DNA of 64,000 bases from Candidatus Latescibacterota bacterium. Its GTDB lineage: Bacteria; Latescibacterota; CBDEFO01. The DNA is taken from the NCBI GenBank assembly GCA_965237525.1, contig CBDEFO010000008.1, positions 896,001 to 960,000 on the forward strand, given 5' to 3'. Below, piece after piece: positions 41,470-52,284 of the stretch (the first letter of the stretch is position 1; each line of letters opens with the position of its first letter). The notes below the pieces were generated by a model. That model was not told the origin of the DNA and searched no databases. It was given only the letters and a program-made list of their open reading frames with translations. The position numbers and the translations under genes are program-made.

Positions 41470-43551
41470 CTATCCTGTCTTGCCGAAGTTATCCAGAAAG
41501 ATCACAAAGTCGGACAGACCGATCTCTCCATTATTATCCAAATCAAATACAGAATTAGCTGGATCGGTCGTTGCCCCAAACACATCCAAAAAACGGACAA
41601 AATCGGAAAGACCTACTTCAGTGTCCCCGTCGAAATCTCCTACAAGAATGCCCTCCACCTTACGCATCCGGTGATTGCCCGCATCCACAATATAGATATT
41701 GCCCAAACCATCCACGAATACGTCATAAGGCCTATTCAAACTCGCACTGGTGGCTGGACCACCATCTCCAGAAAATCCACCACTACTCCCATTTCCCGCC
41801 ACGGTGGAGATGATGCCAGATGTATCGACCTTGCGTATAAGGTGATTGAACCAATCCACTATATAGATAACGCCCGATCCATCCACGGATACGCCAAGAG
41901 GATTAAACAAGCTCCCACTGGTAGCTGGACCACCATCACCGGAAAATCCAAGCTCGCCATTTCCCGCTACGGTGGAGATGATGCCCGCCGCATCCACCTT
42001 ACGTATCCGGTGATTGTTCGTATCCGCGATATAGATAACCCCCGATCCATCCACGGATACGCCAAGAGGATTAAACAAGCTCGCATCGGTAGCTGGACCA
42101 CCATCACCGGAAAATCCAAACGTGCCATTTCCCGCCACGGTGGAGATGATGCCCGATGTGTCCACCTTACGTATCCGGCCATTGTTCATATCCGCAATAT
42201 AGATATTGCCCGATCCATCCACGGATACGCCAAGAGGATTAAACAAGCTCGCATCGGTAGCTGGGCCACCATCACCGGAAAATCCAAACGTGCCATTTCC
42301 CGCCACGGTGGAGATGATGCCCGATGTGTCCACCTTACGTATCCGGCCATTGTTCATATCCGCAATATAGATATTGCCCGATCCATCCACGAATACGCCA
42401 CGAGGAGTAAACAATTTCGCATCGGTAGCTGGACCGCCATCACCGGAAAATCCAACAAGGCCATCTAACGGCACGGTGGAGATGATGCCCGATGTGTCCA
42501 CCTTACGTATCCGGTAATTGCCCGCGTCCACAATATAGATATTGCCCAAACCATCCACGAATACGCTCTGAGGAGAACTCAAACTCGCGCTGGTGGCTGG
42601 GCCTCCATCGCCAGAAAAACCACGGGTGCCATTTCCTGCCACGGTGGAGATGATGCCCGACGTATCTACCTTACGTATCCGGTGACTGTCTTCCTCCGCA
42701 ATATAGATATTGCTTAATCCATCCACGAATACGCCCACAGGCTCACTCACGCTCGCACTGGTGGCTGGGCCTCCATCGCCAGAAAAACCATACGTGCCAT
42801 CTCCCGCCACAGTGGAGATGATGCCAGACGTATCCACCTTACGTATACGGCGATTGCCCCCCTCCGCAATATAGATATTGCCCGAGCCATCCACGAATAC
42901 GTCATAAGGGAGCCACACGCTCGCACTTGTGGCTGGACCACCATCGCCACCGGTTCCGCCTCCCGCCACAGTGGAGATGATGCCAGACGTATCCACCTTA
43001 CGTATACGGCGATTGCCCCCCTCCGCAATATAGATATTGCCCGAGCCATCCACGAATACGTCATAAGGGAGCCACACGCTCGCACTTGTGGCTGGACCAC
43101 CATCGCCACCGGTTCCGCCTCCCGCCACAGTGGAGATGATGCCAGACGTATCCACCTTACGTATACGGCGATTGCCCCCCTCCGCAATATAGATATTGCC
43201 CGAGCCATCCACGAATACGTCATAAGGGAGCCACACGCTCGCACTTGTGGCTGGACCACCATCGCCACCGGTTCCGCCTCCCGCCACAGTGGAGATGATA
43301 CCTGATGTATCCTGCTTACGTATCGAGTGATTGGATTCCTCCGCAATATAGATATTGCCCGATCCATCCACAAATACGTCATAAGGAGAAAAGAACCTCG
43401 CACTGACAGCAGGGTCACCATCGCCGACGCCTCCTCCCGCCACCGTAGAAATATCGCCCGGCGCAGCAACGGCTGAAAGGACGAATCCAAACGTCCCAAA
43501 GCATAGAACCAACGCGCTTATTAGAATCTTTTTGAAGTGATTCTTTTTCAT
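41470..43551 (-). CDS. Secreted NHL-repeat (teneurin-like) protein with C-terminal EF-hand/dockerin-like domain (start ATG 43551)
   Basis: About 11 repeats of ISTVAG.G..GDGGPAT...P..VFVDG.GNIYIA...RIRKVD; C-terminal GDFDGDTEVGLSDF/FDLDNNGEIGLSDF. Confidence 0.9.
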   Translation of the reverse strand: MKKNHFKKILISALVLCFGTFGFVLSAVAAPGDISTVAGGGVGDGDPAVSARFFSPYDVFVDGSGNIYIAEESNHSIRKQDTSGIISTVAGGGTGGDGGPATSASVWLPYDVFVDGSGNIYIAEGGNRRIRKVDTSGIISTVAGGGTGGDGGPATSASVWLPYDVFVDGSGNIYIAEGGNRRIRKVDTSGIISTVAGGGTGGDGGPATSASVWLPYDVFVDGSGNIYIAEGGNRRIRKVDTSGIISTVAGDGTYGFSGDGGPATSASVSEPVGVFVDGLSNIYIAEEDSHRIRKVDTSGIISTVAGNGTRGFSGDGGPATSASLSSPQSVFVDGLGNIYIVDAGNYRIRKVDTSGIISTVPLDGLVGFSGDGGPATDAKLFTPRGVFVDGSGNIYIADMNNGRIRKVDTSGIISTVAGNGTFGFSGDGGPATDASLFNPLGVSVDGSGNIYIADMNNGRIRKVDTSGIISTVAGNGTFGFSGDGGPATDASLFNPLGVSVDGSGVIYIADTNNHRIRKVDAAGIISTVAGNGELGFSGDGGPATSGSLFNPLGVSVDGSGVIYIVDWFNHLIRKVDTSGIISTVAGNGSSGGFSGDGGPATSASLNRPYDVFVDGLGNIYIVDAGNHRMRKVEGILVGDFDGDTEVGLSDFVRFLDVFGATTDPANSVFDLDNNGEIGLSDFVIFLDNFGKTG
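42801..43299. repeat. Three apparently identical 159-bp tandem units plus a partial unit
   Basis: Unit starts at 42801, 42960, 43119 and 43278. Confidence 0.88.
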
Positions 43552-43591
43552 AGTCAATACCTCCTTTTTCCCCAAAAAGTTCTCCGAATTC

Positions 43592-44980
43592 TCAATACGC
43601 CCCTCTTTCAGTCTTTCTCCCAAATAACGTCATCAAGAGAATCTTAATGTCCAATCCTATAGACCAGTTTTCAATGTAATATATATCGTACTTGGTGCGC
43701 TCCTCAATGGGAGCGTTGCCCCTCAGACCGTTCACCTGCGCCCAGCCGGACATCCCCGACTTGACCCTGTGCCTGTCCAGATACTGAGGGACTTCGCTAC
43801 CAAATTGATCCACAAAGTACTCCCTCTCCGGTCTCGGCCCGACAAGACTCATCTCCCCCTTTAACACATTCCACAGCTGAGGAAGCTCGTCTATACTCCA
43901 TCGCCTCAAAAAACGACCTACAGGGGTCACCCTTGGATCGTCCTCAGCAGCCCAAACAGGTCCGGTCTCCCCTTCAGCGTCCTCTATCATAGACCGAAAC
44001 TTAAAAATAACGAACCTCCTGCCGTCTCTGCCTATCCTCTCCTGCCTGTAAAATATAGGTCCCTTTGAAGTCCCCTTGATGATCAGCGCTAAAGGGAGGA
44101 ACAGAGGCCATAACGCCATTAATAGAACTCCCGACACTGCAATGTCCATCCCGCGCTTGACCACGGCGTTCCAGCCCGACAGCGGACGCCCTTTGAGACC
44201 CATCACCGGTACGCCGCCTATATTCCCCATCGAAACCTTCACAGCGAGCAGGTCGTAAAGATCAGGTACAAGATAAAACTCCACGTCCAAGCCCTCGCAG
44301 TCGGAGATAATTTTGGCTATTTTTTTTCTCTCGGACGGAGGGATCGTCAAAATCAATAGATCCAGCCCCTGCTCCTTTACAATCTCTCTTATTTTATCGA
44401 CTTCCCCGATGCGTTCCCCTTTTGGGGACTCAAAACCTATAGTTCCAACCAGATTGTAGTCCATGTCCCCTCCCTGACGGATCTCTTCAACCACTCTCTC
44501 AGAAAACTCTCCCGGTCCGCCTACAGCGCACCTTTTGACATTCCATCCCTTCTTCCTCAACCTGTTTATGTACAATCGCAAAGCCAACCTCCCGGCGACC
44601 AGCAGAGCTGCGCTCAGAATCCACATGTATATAAAGGTCAAACGAGAATAGGAAAATCCCCTGTACAAAAACGCGGCAGACATCACAGATAGCGACCCTA
44701 CTGTCGTGGCTTTAAAGACCCCGAATATCTCATCTAAGACCGACATGCCGCTGGATCTGTACAACCTCATAGCCCCCAATATAACTATCCAAAGCGGGAT
44801 CACAAAAAGAGACGCCTTCACATAAAATCTTGCATCCGGTACTCCCTTAATCACAGGGAATATCCTCACAAGCGGAGAATCGAACCTCAGTCAGTAAGAC
44901 CCATAGAAAGCCAGAGCCATCCCTAAAATATCCGACCCCAAAAGCAGAATCGGGAATAGAATTTCACCTTTTCTTTTCAT
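43592..44980 (-). pseudogene. Undecaprenyl-phosphate glucose phosphotransferase (WcaJ-like) with in-frame TGA at codon 30
   Basis: ATG at 44980; SY*LRF (TGA at 44891-44893, Trp expected); FKFRSM, SIDELPQLWNVLKGEMSLVGPRPE. Confidence 0.8.
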
Positions 44981-46073
44981 CTCTCCATCTTTCCCAGCAT
45001 TTGTTCACAAACTGATTTATCCTCTCCTTGAAGATGCTCCTGTCGAACCTCAGCGCCCAATCTCTTATAACTTTGGAATCGAATCTTGCCGGATCCAACG
45101 TCCTCACCGCCTCCTGGAGCGCCTCTGGCTCTTGAGGATAGAAGAAGACCCCCGTTTCACCCTCAAGCACGCTCTCCAGAGCCCCGCCCCCTCTAAATGC
45201 GATCACGGGTCTGCCGCTGGCCTGAGCCTCTAGTGGAACTATCCCGAAATCCTCCACACCCGGAAATATCAAGGCCCTCGCCTTTGAATATAACTCTTTT
45301 ATCTCATCGTCGGGAAGGTGGCCCAAGAAAGTGATATTCTTGGAAGCCATCCCCTTCAATTTTTCCTCCTCAGGCCCAGTTCCCACAACTATCAACTTGA
45401 GCCCAAGCCCCTTGAAGGCCTCCAGGGCTATATCCATCCTCTTATACGGAACGAGCGAGGACACCGCAAGGTAATAGTCGTCCACCTTCTCAGATATATG
45501 ATAGTACGCACCGTTAACAGGCGGATAGATCACGTGAGAATCCCTGTTGTAAAATCTTTTTATCCGATCCTGAACGAATTTGGAGATGGCGACAAAAACA
45601 TCCACCCCGTGCGCCGTTTTCCTGTCCCAGCTCCTGAGCCGACTCAAAAGAGGCTGAAGGGCGAGCAACCTCAATTTCCCTATCCTCTCTTCTCCGAAAT
45701 ATTCCTCCCACATATCCCACACGTATCGCATCGGAGTGTAACAATAACAAATATGCAGGGACTGATCGCCCTCTTTAACGCCCTTTGCGGCGCAGTGACT
45801 GCTCGACAGGATGACGTCAAACTCTGAGACATCCAGTCCTTTCACGGCTGCGGGGAATAGAGGAAGGAGATACCTGTAGTTCTTTTTGGCTTTCGGAATA
45901 TTCTGGATAAAAGAAGTATATATCCTGTGGTCTTCAATCTCAGAGGACACAGACCCCGGAACGTGCAGGAGAGTATAGACAGGCGCGCCGGGATAAAGCT
46001 TTGCGAACACTTCAAGGCACCTTTCCCCTCCCCTTGTGCCGACCAGCCAATCGTGGACTAAAGCTATATTCAT
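44964..46073 (-). CDS. GT4-family glycosyltransferase
   Basis: HDWL...GGER, YCYTPMRY, EDFGIVPLEAQASG. Confidence 0.93.
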   Translation of the reverse strand: MNIALVHDWLVGTRGGERCLEVFAKLYPGAPVYTLLHVPGSVSSEIEDHRIYTSFIQNIPKAKKNYRYLLPLFPAAVKGLDVSEFDVILSSSHCAAKGVKEGDQSLHICYCYTPMRYVWDMWEEYFGEERIGKLRLLALQPLLSRLRSWDRKTAHGVDVFVAISKFVQDRIKRFYNRDSHVIYPPVNGAYYHISEKVDDYYLAVSSLVPYKRMDIALEAFKGLGLKLIVVGTGPEEEKLKGMASKNITFLGHLPDDEIKELYSKARALIFPGVEDFGIVPLEAQASGRPVIAFRGGGALESVLEGETGVFFYPQEPEALQEAVRTLDPARFDSKVIRDWALRFDRSIFKERINQFVNKCWERWRDEKKR

Positions 46074-46077
46074 AGGA

Positions 46078-46530
46078 TCAAAACTTCTCTCCAGAAGCTT
46101 CTCTCAATTTGCTCCCGGAAGCCCTTATCCTAGGCCATCTGTTGAAGAAAAAGAGGGCGATGCCCAATATCTCTGTCAGACTCGAAAGAACAACGATCCA
46201 ATCTAAAACTTCATAATCTACAAATACGCTTATAACCTCAGAGGCAAATCTCAGCGATATAGCCCCTGTCATCAGAATTATACAAGCTTACACAAGTCCG
46301 GACTATATCCCTCATCGCCCTTAGGGAGTCTTGGGAACAACCACAGCGCGACGCCCATGATCATCATCATTATAAATCCCACAAGCAGTATATGAACGTG
46401 CGCTGTTACCATCTGACAATGCAGAGGTACATCCAATATCTCGAGCCACGATCATATAGCCGCCCGACACCAGGCCTATAGAGAGAAAGACTATACTTGT
46501 CTTTATGAAATATCTGACCAAGCTATACAT
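46078..46530 (-). pseudogene. Small membrane protein gene (heme-copper oxidase subunit I-like AHVH motif) broken by two frameshifts
   Basis: Three frames join as MYSLVRYFIKTS... / MVTAHVHILLVGFIMMMIMGVALWLFPR / ...LRFASE...NRWPRIR. Confidence 0.65.
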
Positions 46531-46772
46531 TCAACCTATACATGGTTGAGTACCAGGTCAAAATAGTAGCAGCATACGGGGAGATTGCTTCGGGGGATTT
46601 CATCCTCCTTGCAATGACCTGGAGGGACGTGCAGTGACGTAGGGCGATGGGTTATTACGGGCACCTGAAACTGTCATGGCAAGCCAAGCGAAGCAATCTC
46701 AAGGGATGTAGGGCTGTCTCCTGTCTACCCCCGATTGAATCTATTGGGGGCTGCTGACTACTTTCTACTCAT

Positions 46773-47360
46773 TTAAAACCTCTCGGAGCCGTGACCCCCC
46801 TTCAGAATCGCCCCATCCATAATAGCGCCGTCCAATATCGCTCCGTAGAGCTTGGCCTCGCGCAGAAAAGCCTTTGTAAGGTTCGCCTCCCTTAGATCCA
46901 CGCTGTTGAAGTCCACCTGAGAGAAGAAGGCGTTCTCCAGATTTGCGCCCCTAAACGACGTCGGCAGTTCCTCGTCATTGGGCTTTCCGAATTTCACAAC
47001 CCCGAATCTGGCATTCTTAAGATTTGTCCTTCTGAAGCTTGCGCCCTCAAGATTGCTCCCCGAAAGGAAGGCTCCTTCCATGTCCGCATCGTCGAACTTC
47101 GCGCCGTCCAGATCCGAATGCACTAAAAAGGCCCCCTTAAGAATGCCCTTTGAAAGGTCTGCTTCTTTCAGGCTCGCATGCTCTAATCTGGTTTCTATTA
47201 ACCTTGCCCCTTTAAGATTTGTACCGTCCAATTTCGCCCTTGTCATGTCCACACCCGAAAGATCTACATTCTCCAGATTGGCACCAGCAAGGCCCGCACC
47301 CACAAGATCTCCCCCAAGCTTTACTCTTGCTAAAACCTCGTCATGTATTGAGGTGTTCAT
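46773..47360 (-). CDS. Pentapeptide-repeat protein
   Basis: A(D/N)LXX repeats throughout. Confidence 0.92.
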   Translation of the reverse strand: MNTSIHDEVLARVKLGGDLVGAGLAGANLENVDLSGVDMTRAKLDGTNLKGARLIETRLEHASLKEADLSKGILKGAFLVHSDLDGAKFDDADMEGAFLSGSNLEGASFRRTNLKNARFGVVKFGKPNDEELPTSFRGANLENAFFSQVDFNSVDLREANLTKAFLREAKLYGAILDGAIMDGAILKGGHGSERF

Positions 47361-47403
47361 CTTGAGTCACCTATCTTCTTGAAATGAGCTTTCCCGTAAG
47401 CTC

Positions 47404-48171
47404 CTATATTCCTTTTTCAACATTGACTTTTTGAATAAACTCCTTAACACAATCCTCCTCGCACGACAGTAGTTCTTCATAAGTCCCGACAAACCGTATC
47501 TTTCCATCCTTAAATAGTGCCAATCTATCTGCAAAGCTTGTGTAATGCTCTATCCCCGACACAGCCACAAAATTCGTGCGCTTTCCCTTCGGTCCCGGAT
47601 TTTCCAGCGTAAAGACTGACTCTACTATATCCCTTACCATCAACGGAGACAGCCCAAGAGACGGATCGTCGCACAGAAGGATCTCGGGATTGAGGACAAG
47701 GGCTCTGGCCAGTGCCACTTTCCTACTTACATAACTATCTAAAAGATAAGGCCTTTTATCTTTCTCCTTTTCAATGTTTAACACCGTTAACAGCTCATTT
47801 ACCCTCCCCTCGATCTCATCCGTCTTCATCTTTGTATGATAGCTCAAAGGCAAAGATATATTCCCAGCCACAGTCATATTGCCTATCAGTCCGAAGTTCC
47901 TGTAGAAGACAGTGCCCAAATTTTCTCGAAGCTCCAGGAGTTCTGCCCTTCCGTACTGTGAAATATCTATGCCGTTTACTCTCACAACTCCCCTATTTGC
48001 CTTGTAGAGTCCCAGTGTAAGCCTGATGAAGAATGACTTGCCGCTCCCGCTCGGTCCGAAGAGCACAAAATTTTCTCCCCTTTTGATGCAAAGGTCTATA
48101 CCCTTAATAAACTGCCGTCCATCGATCTCTACAAAGACATTCTCGAACTGTATGGCATAGTCTTCTGACAT
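47404..48171 (-). CDS. MlaF-like ABC ATP-binding protein (degenerate signature)
   Basis: GPSGSGKS, LCDDP; adjacent to mlaE. Confidence 0.8.
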   Translation of the reverse strand: MSEDYAIQFENVFVEIDGRQFIKGIDLCIKRGENFVLFGPSGSGKSFFIRLTLGLYKANRGVVRVNGIDISQYGRAELLELRENLGTVFYRNFGLIGNMTVAGNISLPLSYHTKMKTDEIEGRVNELLTVLNIEKEKDKRPYLLDSYVSRKVALARALVLNPEILLCDDPSLGLSPLMVRDIVESVFTLENPGPKGKRTNFVAVSGIEHYTSFADRLALFKDGKIRFVGTYEELLSCEEDCVKEFIQKVNVEKGI

Positions 48172-48178
48172 AATTCAA

Positions 48179-48977
48179 CTACAGATAAAATGCGACAGAG
48201 ATAATCGCACTCGATACGAACACAAAGAACATCGCCTGCATCACACCGTCCCTTGCGACTGCCGGGACCTCCCAACTTGCCCTCTGAGCTAAGAGTCCGT
48301 TGTAGCAGGAGAAAAGAGCGACGATCATCCCGAACAGGGCGCCTTTTGAAAAGCTTATATACACATCAGTAAGCGTCAACGCATCGAATATGTGACCTAA
48401 ATAAATCGTCAAGGGCATAGTCAGTTTAAAACTCGCCACCAGGAACCCACCCACCAGGGCTATCACATCAAAGTAGATTATAAGACAAAACGTAGAGATA
48501 ATACAACCTATGATCCTGGGAAGCACGCTGAATCTAAACATATCCACTCCCATGGCCTCTAAAGCCTCGATCTCCCCGGTCACTTTATTGGTCGCCAATT
48601 CTGCAGCCATGGCAGTTCCCGATCTGCTTATCACGATGACGGCTGTTATGAGCGGGCCTAACTCCCTTATGATCGCTATCACTGATATTGTCCCTATAAA
48701 TCTCTGCGCTCCTACGCCGATCAACTGTGGTAGAGACTGAATGATAACCACAGAACCCTAAAATCAGCGAGACCAGAGTCAGAAACGGTATAGCCTCCAG
48801 GCCTGTAAAATATACCTGCTTTACCACTACCTCGAAAGAGGTCCAAAACCCCTGCTTGTGGAAATCCAAGGTCCCCCTTAAAGTCCTCAGAGAGAAGGCG
48901 GAAATATCCGCTACGACCTCGAAAAGACGCCTCGTTTTATAACCTACAAAGCCCAGCAAACCGAACATACTAATCAC
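48179..48977 (-). pseudogene. mlaE: MlaE-like ABC permease, +1 frameshift near 48756
   Basis: QVYFTGLEA in one frame and RELGPLITA..RSGTAMAAEL in another; removing one base gives LGSVVIIQ. Confidence 0.8.
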
Positions 48978-49422
48978 TCTTCCCTTTTTGGCCTCTTGAA
49001 ATGTACCTGGAGATCAAGAGCCCTAAGACCGCTACGGACACGATGATCCCGATCCAGGGAACTTTCTTTGAAAGCCTGTTTAAGAACTCATATACTAAAA
49101 ATAATCCCGACGTCCCCAGAAGCGGAACCAAACTCAAAAGGGCCTCCCTGTTCGAGGTCTCAAATAGAAATCTGATCAGTAAAAAGAGAACACAGATACC
49201 CAGAGTATAGATGATAATTGCTCCGGGTAATACAGTATAGTTGAAAATCATACTCAACATCAGACTTGCTACAGTGTAGATAGCCCCCACAACTACTATT
49301 CCGCCCCCTGTAACGCCCTCCACTCCCGCCAATTTCACACCTAACCACACCAGAAGACATACTATCCCGGCCCCCGATAACAGGGGAAATAAGCTGCGGA
49401 TGTAGTCCAACAAGCTGTCCAA
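48970..49422 (-). CDS. Hypothetical multi-pass membrane protein
   Basis: About five hydrophobic segments. Confidence 0.6.
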   Translation of the reverse strand: MDSLLDYIRSLFPLLSGAGIVCLLVWLGVKLAGVEGVTGGGIVVVGAIYTVASLMLSMIFNYTVLPGAIIIYTLGICVLFLLIRFLFETSNREALLSLVPLLGTSGLFLVYEFLNRLSKKVPWIGIIVSVAVLGLLISRYISRGQKGKSD

Positions 49423-49433
49423 AAGAATGTCCT

Positions 49434-50558
49434 TTAATGTCGAGTCAACAAGTTGGTCATCTTTTCTGTCTCCTTTAACCCTGATCCTGTAAGCGGGAGG
49501 ACAATTGTCTTCCCATCTTCATTATTTTCTATGTGCTTCAGTGCCCCCGCAAGGGCCACAGCGCCTGTTGGCTCTACGTAGAGTCCCTTTCCGCACAGCA
49601 TCCAGAGAGCATCGGCAACCTCTTTGTCCGACACTGATAGAGTCATGCCACCGCCCTCCCTAAGAGCAGCTAATATCTGCCTTCCCCTTACGGGTTTCGC
49701 CACAGCGATCCCATCGGCAATTGAATCCCGCTTTTTGATCTCAGCCGGAGCATCTGAACCTTCTTCGAACGCCTTGCAAATCGGATCACACCCTGCAGAC
49801 TGTACCGCTACGATTCTTGGAACGCTCTCTATAATCCCCTCAAGGGCCAATTCCTTAAAGCCCATATAAGCCCCTAAGAGTAGCGTTCCATTGCCCACAG
49901 GGACCACCACCACATCTGGTGCTCTCCAGCCCAACTGCTCGCATACCTCAAATGCAAACGTCTTTGTCCCCTGTAAGAAGAACGGATTCCAGCTGTGGCT
50001 TGCGTAATAGATGTTGAAAGCCCACTCTAAGGCAGCTTCAGCTACATTCTCCCTTGAGCCCTCTATTCTCCTTAGCTTTGCGCTGTATCCCTCAATCTGA
50101 GCCAATTTCCCTGCGGGAGTTCCCGAAGGCACAAAAATCTCGCACTCTATTCCACAAAGAGCACAATAAGCAGCGATCGCGCTTCCTGCATTTCCCGAGG
50201 AATCCTCCACTAATCTGTTCACCTTAAGCTCTTTAGCCTTACTTATGAGGACCGACGCCCCTCGATCTTTAAAAGACCCCGATGGCATCAGATACTCAAG
50301 TTTCAATAGAAACCTGTTTCCCTTCAGGTCCGTCTCCACCAACGGAGTGTAGCCCTCACCCAGAGAGACTATATTATCGTCATCCAATATTGGGATAGCC
50401 TCCCGGTACCTCCAAAGCGTCGGCTCCCTTTTTTCTATCTGGTTCAGTGGGAAACGCGCCTTGTACTCCAAGTCCAATATGCCGCCGCACTCACATCTCC
50501 AAACTGGAGAATTTCCGGGATACCTCTGTCCACATTCTGCACAGCAAAGTTCAGCCAT
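49434..50558 (-). CDS. thrC: Threonine synthase-like PLP enzyme
   Basis: N-terminal CxxC, SLGEGYTPL, PSGSFKDRG, DSSGNAG, PVGNG. Confidence 0.85.
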   Translation of the reverse strand: MAELCCAECGQRYPGNSPVWRCECGGILDLEYKARFPLNQIEKREPTLWRYREAIPILDDDNIVSLGEGYTPLVETDLKGNRFLLKLEYLMPSGSFKDRGASVLISKAKELKVNRLVEDSSGNAGSAIAAYCALCGIECEIFVPSGTPAGKLAQIEGYSAKLRRIEGSRENVAEAALEWAFNIYYASHSWNPFFLQGTKTFAFEVCEQLGWRAPDVVVVPVGNGTLLLGAYMGFKELALEGIIESVPRIVAVQSAGCDPICKAFEEGSDAPAEIKKRDSIADGIAVAKPVRGRQILAALREGGGMTLSVSDKEVADALWMLCGKGLYVEPTGAVALAGALKHIENNEDGKTIVLPLTGSGLKETEKMTNLLTRH

Positions 50559-50808
50559 CTGTACTCCTTCAGATACGATCCGGTTATTTCTACTTTATGC
50601 TCAATATGGGTTCTGACGGGTCAGACCAAATAATAGTCAATTAATTTCCTAAAATCAACCACTTTTTAGATAACTTACACTGACGATCGGCAATTTGAGC
50701 GGACGTGCCCCAGGATAGTAAGTTGTAGATAAAGAGGAATTTACTTGACAAACAGAACGGTTTAGCTTAAATTGATGAGAGTATAAAGGGACAATTATAG
50801 AGGAGTTT

Positions 50809-51075
50809 ATGCAGCAGGGAACTGCTATAGTAAACAATAAATTAGGCATACACGCCCGTCCTGCCGCACTATTGGTTCAGGCGGCTTCGAAGTTCGATTC
50901 TGAAATTATGGTCTCTAAGGAAGACGTAGAGGTCAATGGCAAGAGCATTATGGGGGTTATGATGCTGGCGGCTGAGATGGGCTCTGAGCTGACCATAATG
51001 GCCAGAGGCCCTGACGAGGAGGAGGCGGTAAAGGAACTTGTGGCTATTGTGGAAAGCGGATTTGGAGAGGAGTAA
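50809..51075 (+). CDS. ptsH: Phosphocarrier protein HPr
   Basis: GIHARPA (His15), KSIMGVM (Ser46). Confidence 0.96.
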   Translation: MQQGTAIVNNKLGIHARPAALLVQAASKFDSEIMVSKEDVEVNGKSIMGVMMLAAEMGSELTIMARGPDEEEAVKELVAIVESGFGEE

Positions 51076-51162
51076 AGCTTTTATAGTGTGACGTATATCA
51101 CATCCAAGATCCGCTTAAACCCGTACTTAGTCAGTGCGTTTGTCAAGGAACAAAATATAAAT

Positions 51163-52167
51163 ATGATTCCCAGTGCATCAAATATATGGGCGGTTATCCC
51201 TGCCGCAGGAGTGGGGACGCGTCTTCGCCCCCTTACTCATACAGCTCCAAAGGCGTTAGTACAAGTAGCCGGAAAACCGATAATTGGCCATATTCTGGAC
51301 AAACTGTCAAAGGCAGGAATAAGGAAGGTCGTACTCATAATAGGCTATATGGGAGGTAAGATAGCAGACTATTTGGAAACTAATTACAGCTTTGAAAAGA
51401 CGAAGTATGTGGAGCAGGAAGAGATGAAAGGACTGGGACACGCTGTGGGACTGACAGAAAAGATAGTTGGCGAAGATCCATGTCTTATAGTCTATGGGGA
51501 TACCATAACTGAGGGCGACATAACAGTCGGCATAGACAACAGATTCGACGGCTTGATCGGGGTAAAGCGCGTCGAGAATCCCCACAGGTTCGGCGTAGTC
51601 CAATTGGATGGGGACAACAAGATCAGGCGGCTTGTGGAAAAGCCCGATAAGTTCGTATCAGACCTTGCCATTGTAGGTGTGAACTATATTAAGAGTTCAG
51701 GGCTCCTTTTTGAGTGCTTGGAGGAACTCTTAAAGGAGAACGTAACGACAAAAGGAGAATACCAGCTGACAGACGCCTTTGGGCTTATGGTAGAAAAAGG
51801 CGCCATCCTTTCGATCTTTCCCATCGAGGACTGGTTCGACTGCGGAAATCCAGAGACGCTTTTAGAGACCAATAGATATCTATTATCCTTGAATTCAAAG
51901 TCAAGACAGATCCCGGGATCGATCATAGTGCATCCTGTCTTTATATCAGAGAGTACAAAAATAGAAAATTCAATTATAGGTCCTTACGTCTCCATAGCCG
52001 ACGGGGCTTATGTGGAGTCTTCTATAGTACGGAACTCGATAATCAGCGAAAACTCCATAGTTCGGGACTGCGTTTTAGAGGGCTCTTTAATAGGAAACGA
52101 GGCAACGGTCAGAGGAGGATCTAAAAAGCTAAATGTGGGCGATGCATCCCAGATAGATTTCCATTGA
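51163..52167 (+). CDS. Sugar-phosphate nucleotidyltransferase (long-form glucose-1-phosphate thymidylyltransferase-like)
   Basis: PAAGVGTRLRPLT, VEKP, GEYQLTDA, C-terminal hexapeptide repeats. Confidence 0.88.
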   Translation: MIPSASNIWAVIPAAGVGTRLRPLTHTAPKALVQVAGKPIIGHILDKLSKAGIRKVVLIIGYMGGKIADYLETNYSFEKTKYVEQEEMKGLGHAVGLTEKIVGEDPCLIVYGDTITEGDITVGIDNRFDGLIGVKRVENPHRFGVVQLDGDNKIRRLVEKPDKFVSDLAIVGVNYIKSSGLLFECLEELLKENVTTKGEYQLTDAFGLMVEKGAILSIFPIEDWFDCGNPETLLETNRYLLSLNSKSRQIPGSIIVHPVFISESTKIENSIIGPYVSIADGAYVESSIVRNSIISENSIVRDCVLEGSLIGNEATVRGGSKKLNVGDASQIDFH

Positions 52168-52284
52168 TGCAATTGTGTGCGGTAGCTCTTGATGGATATA
52201 TGAGGGATAAACATCCCTATTTTTGATAGAAACCTTCAAACAAAGAGTATTGAAGAACTTTTTGGGGAGAAAAAGGAGCACTTA

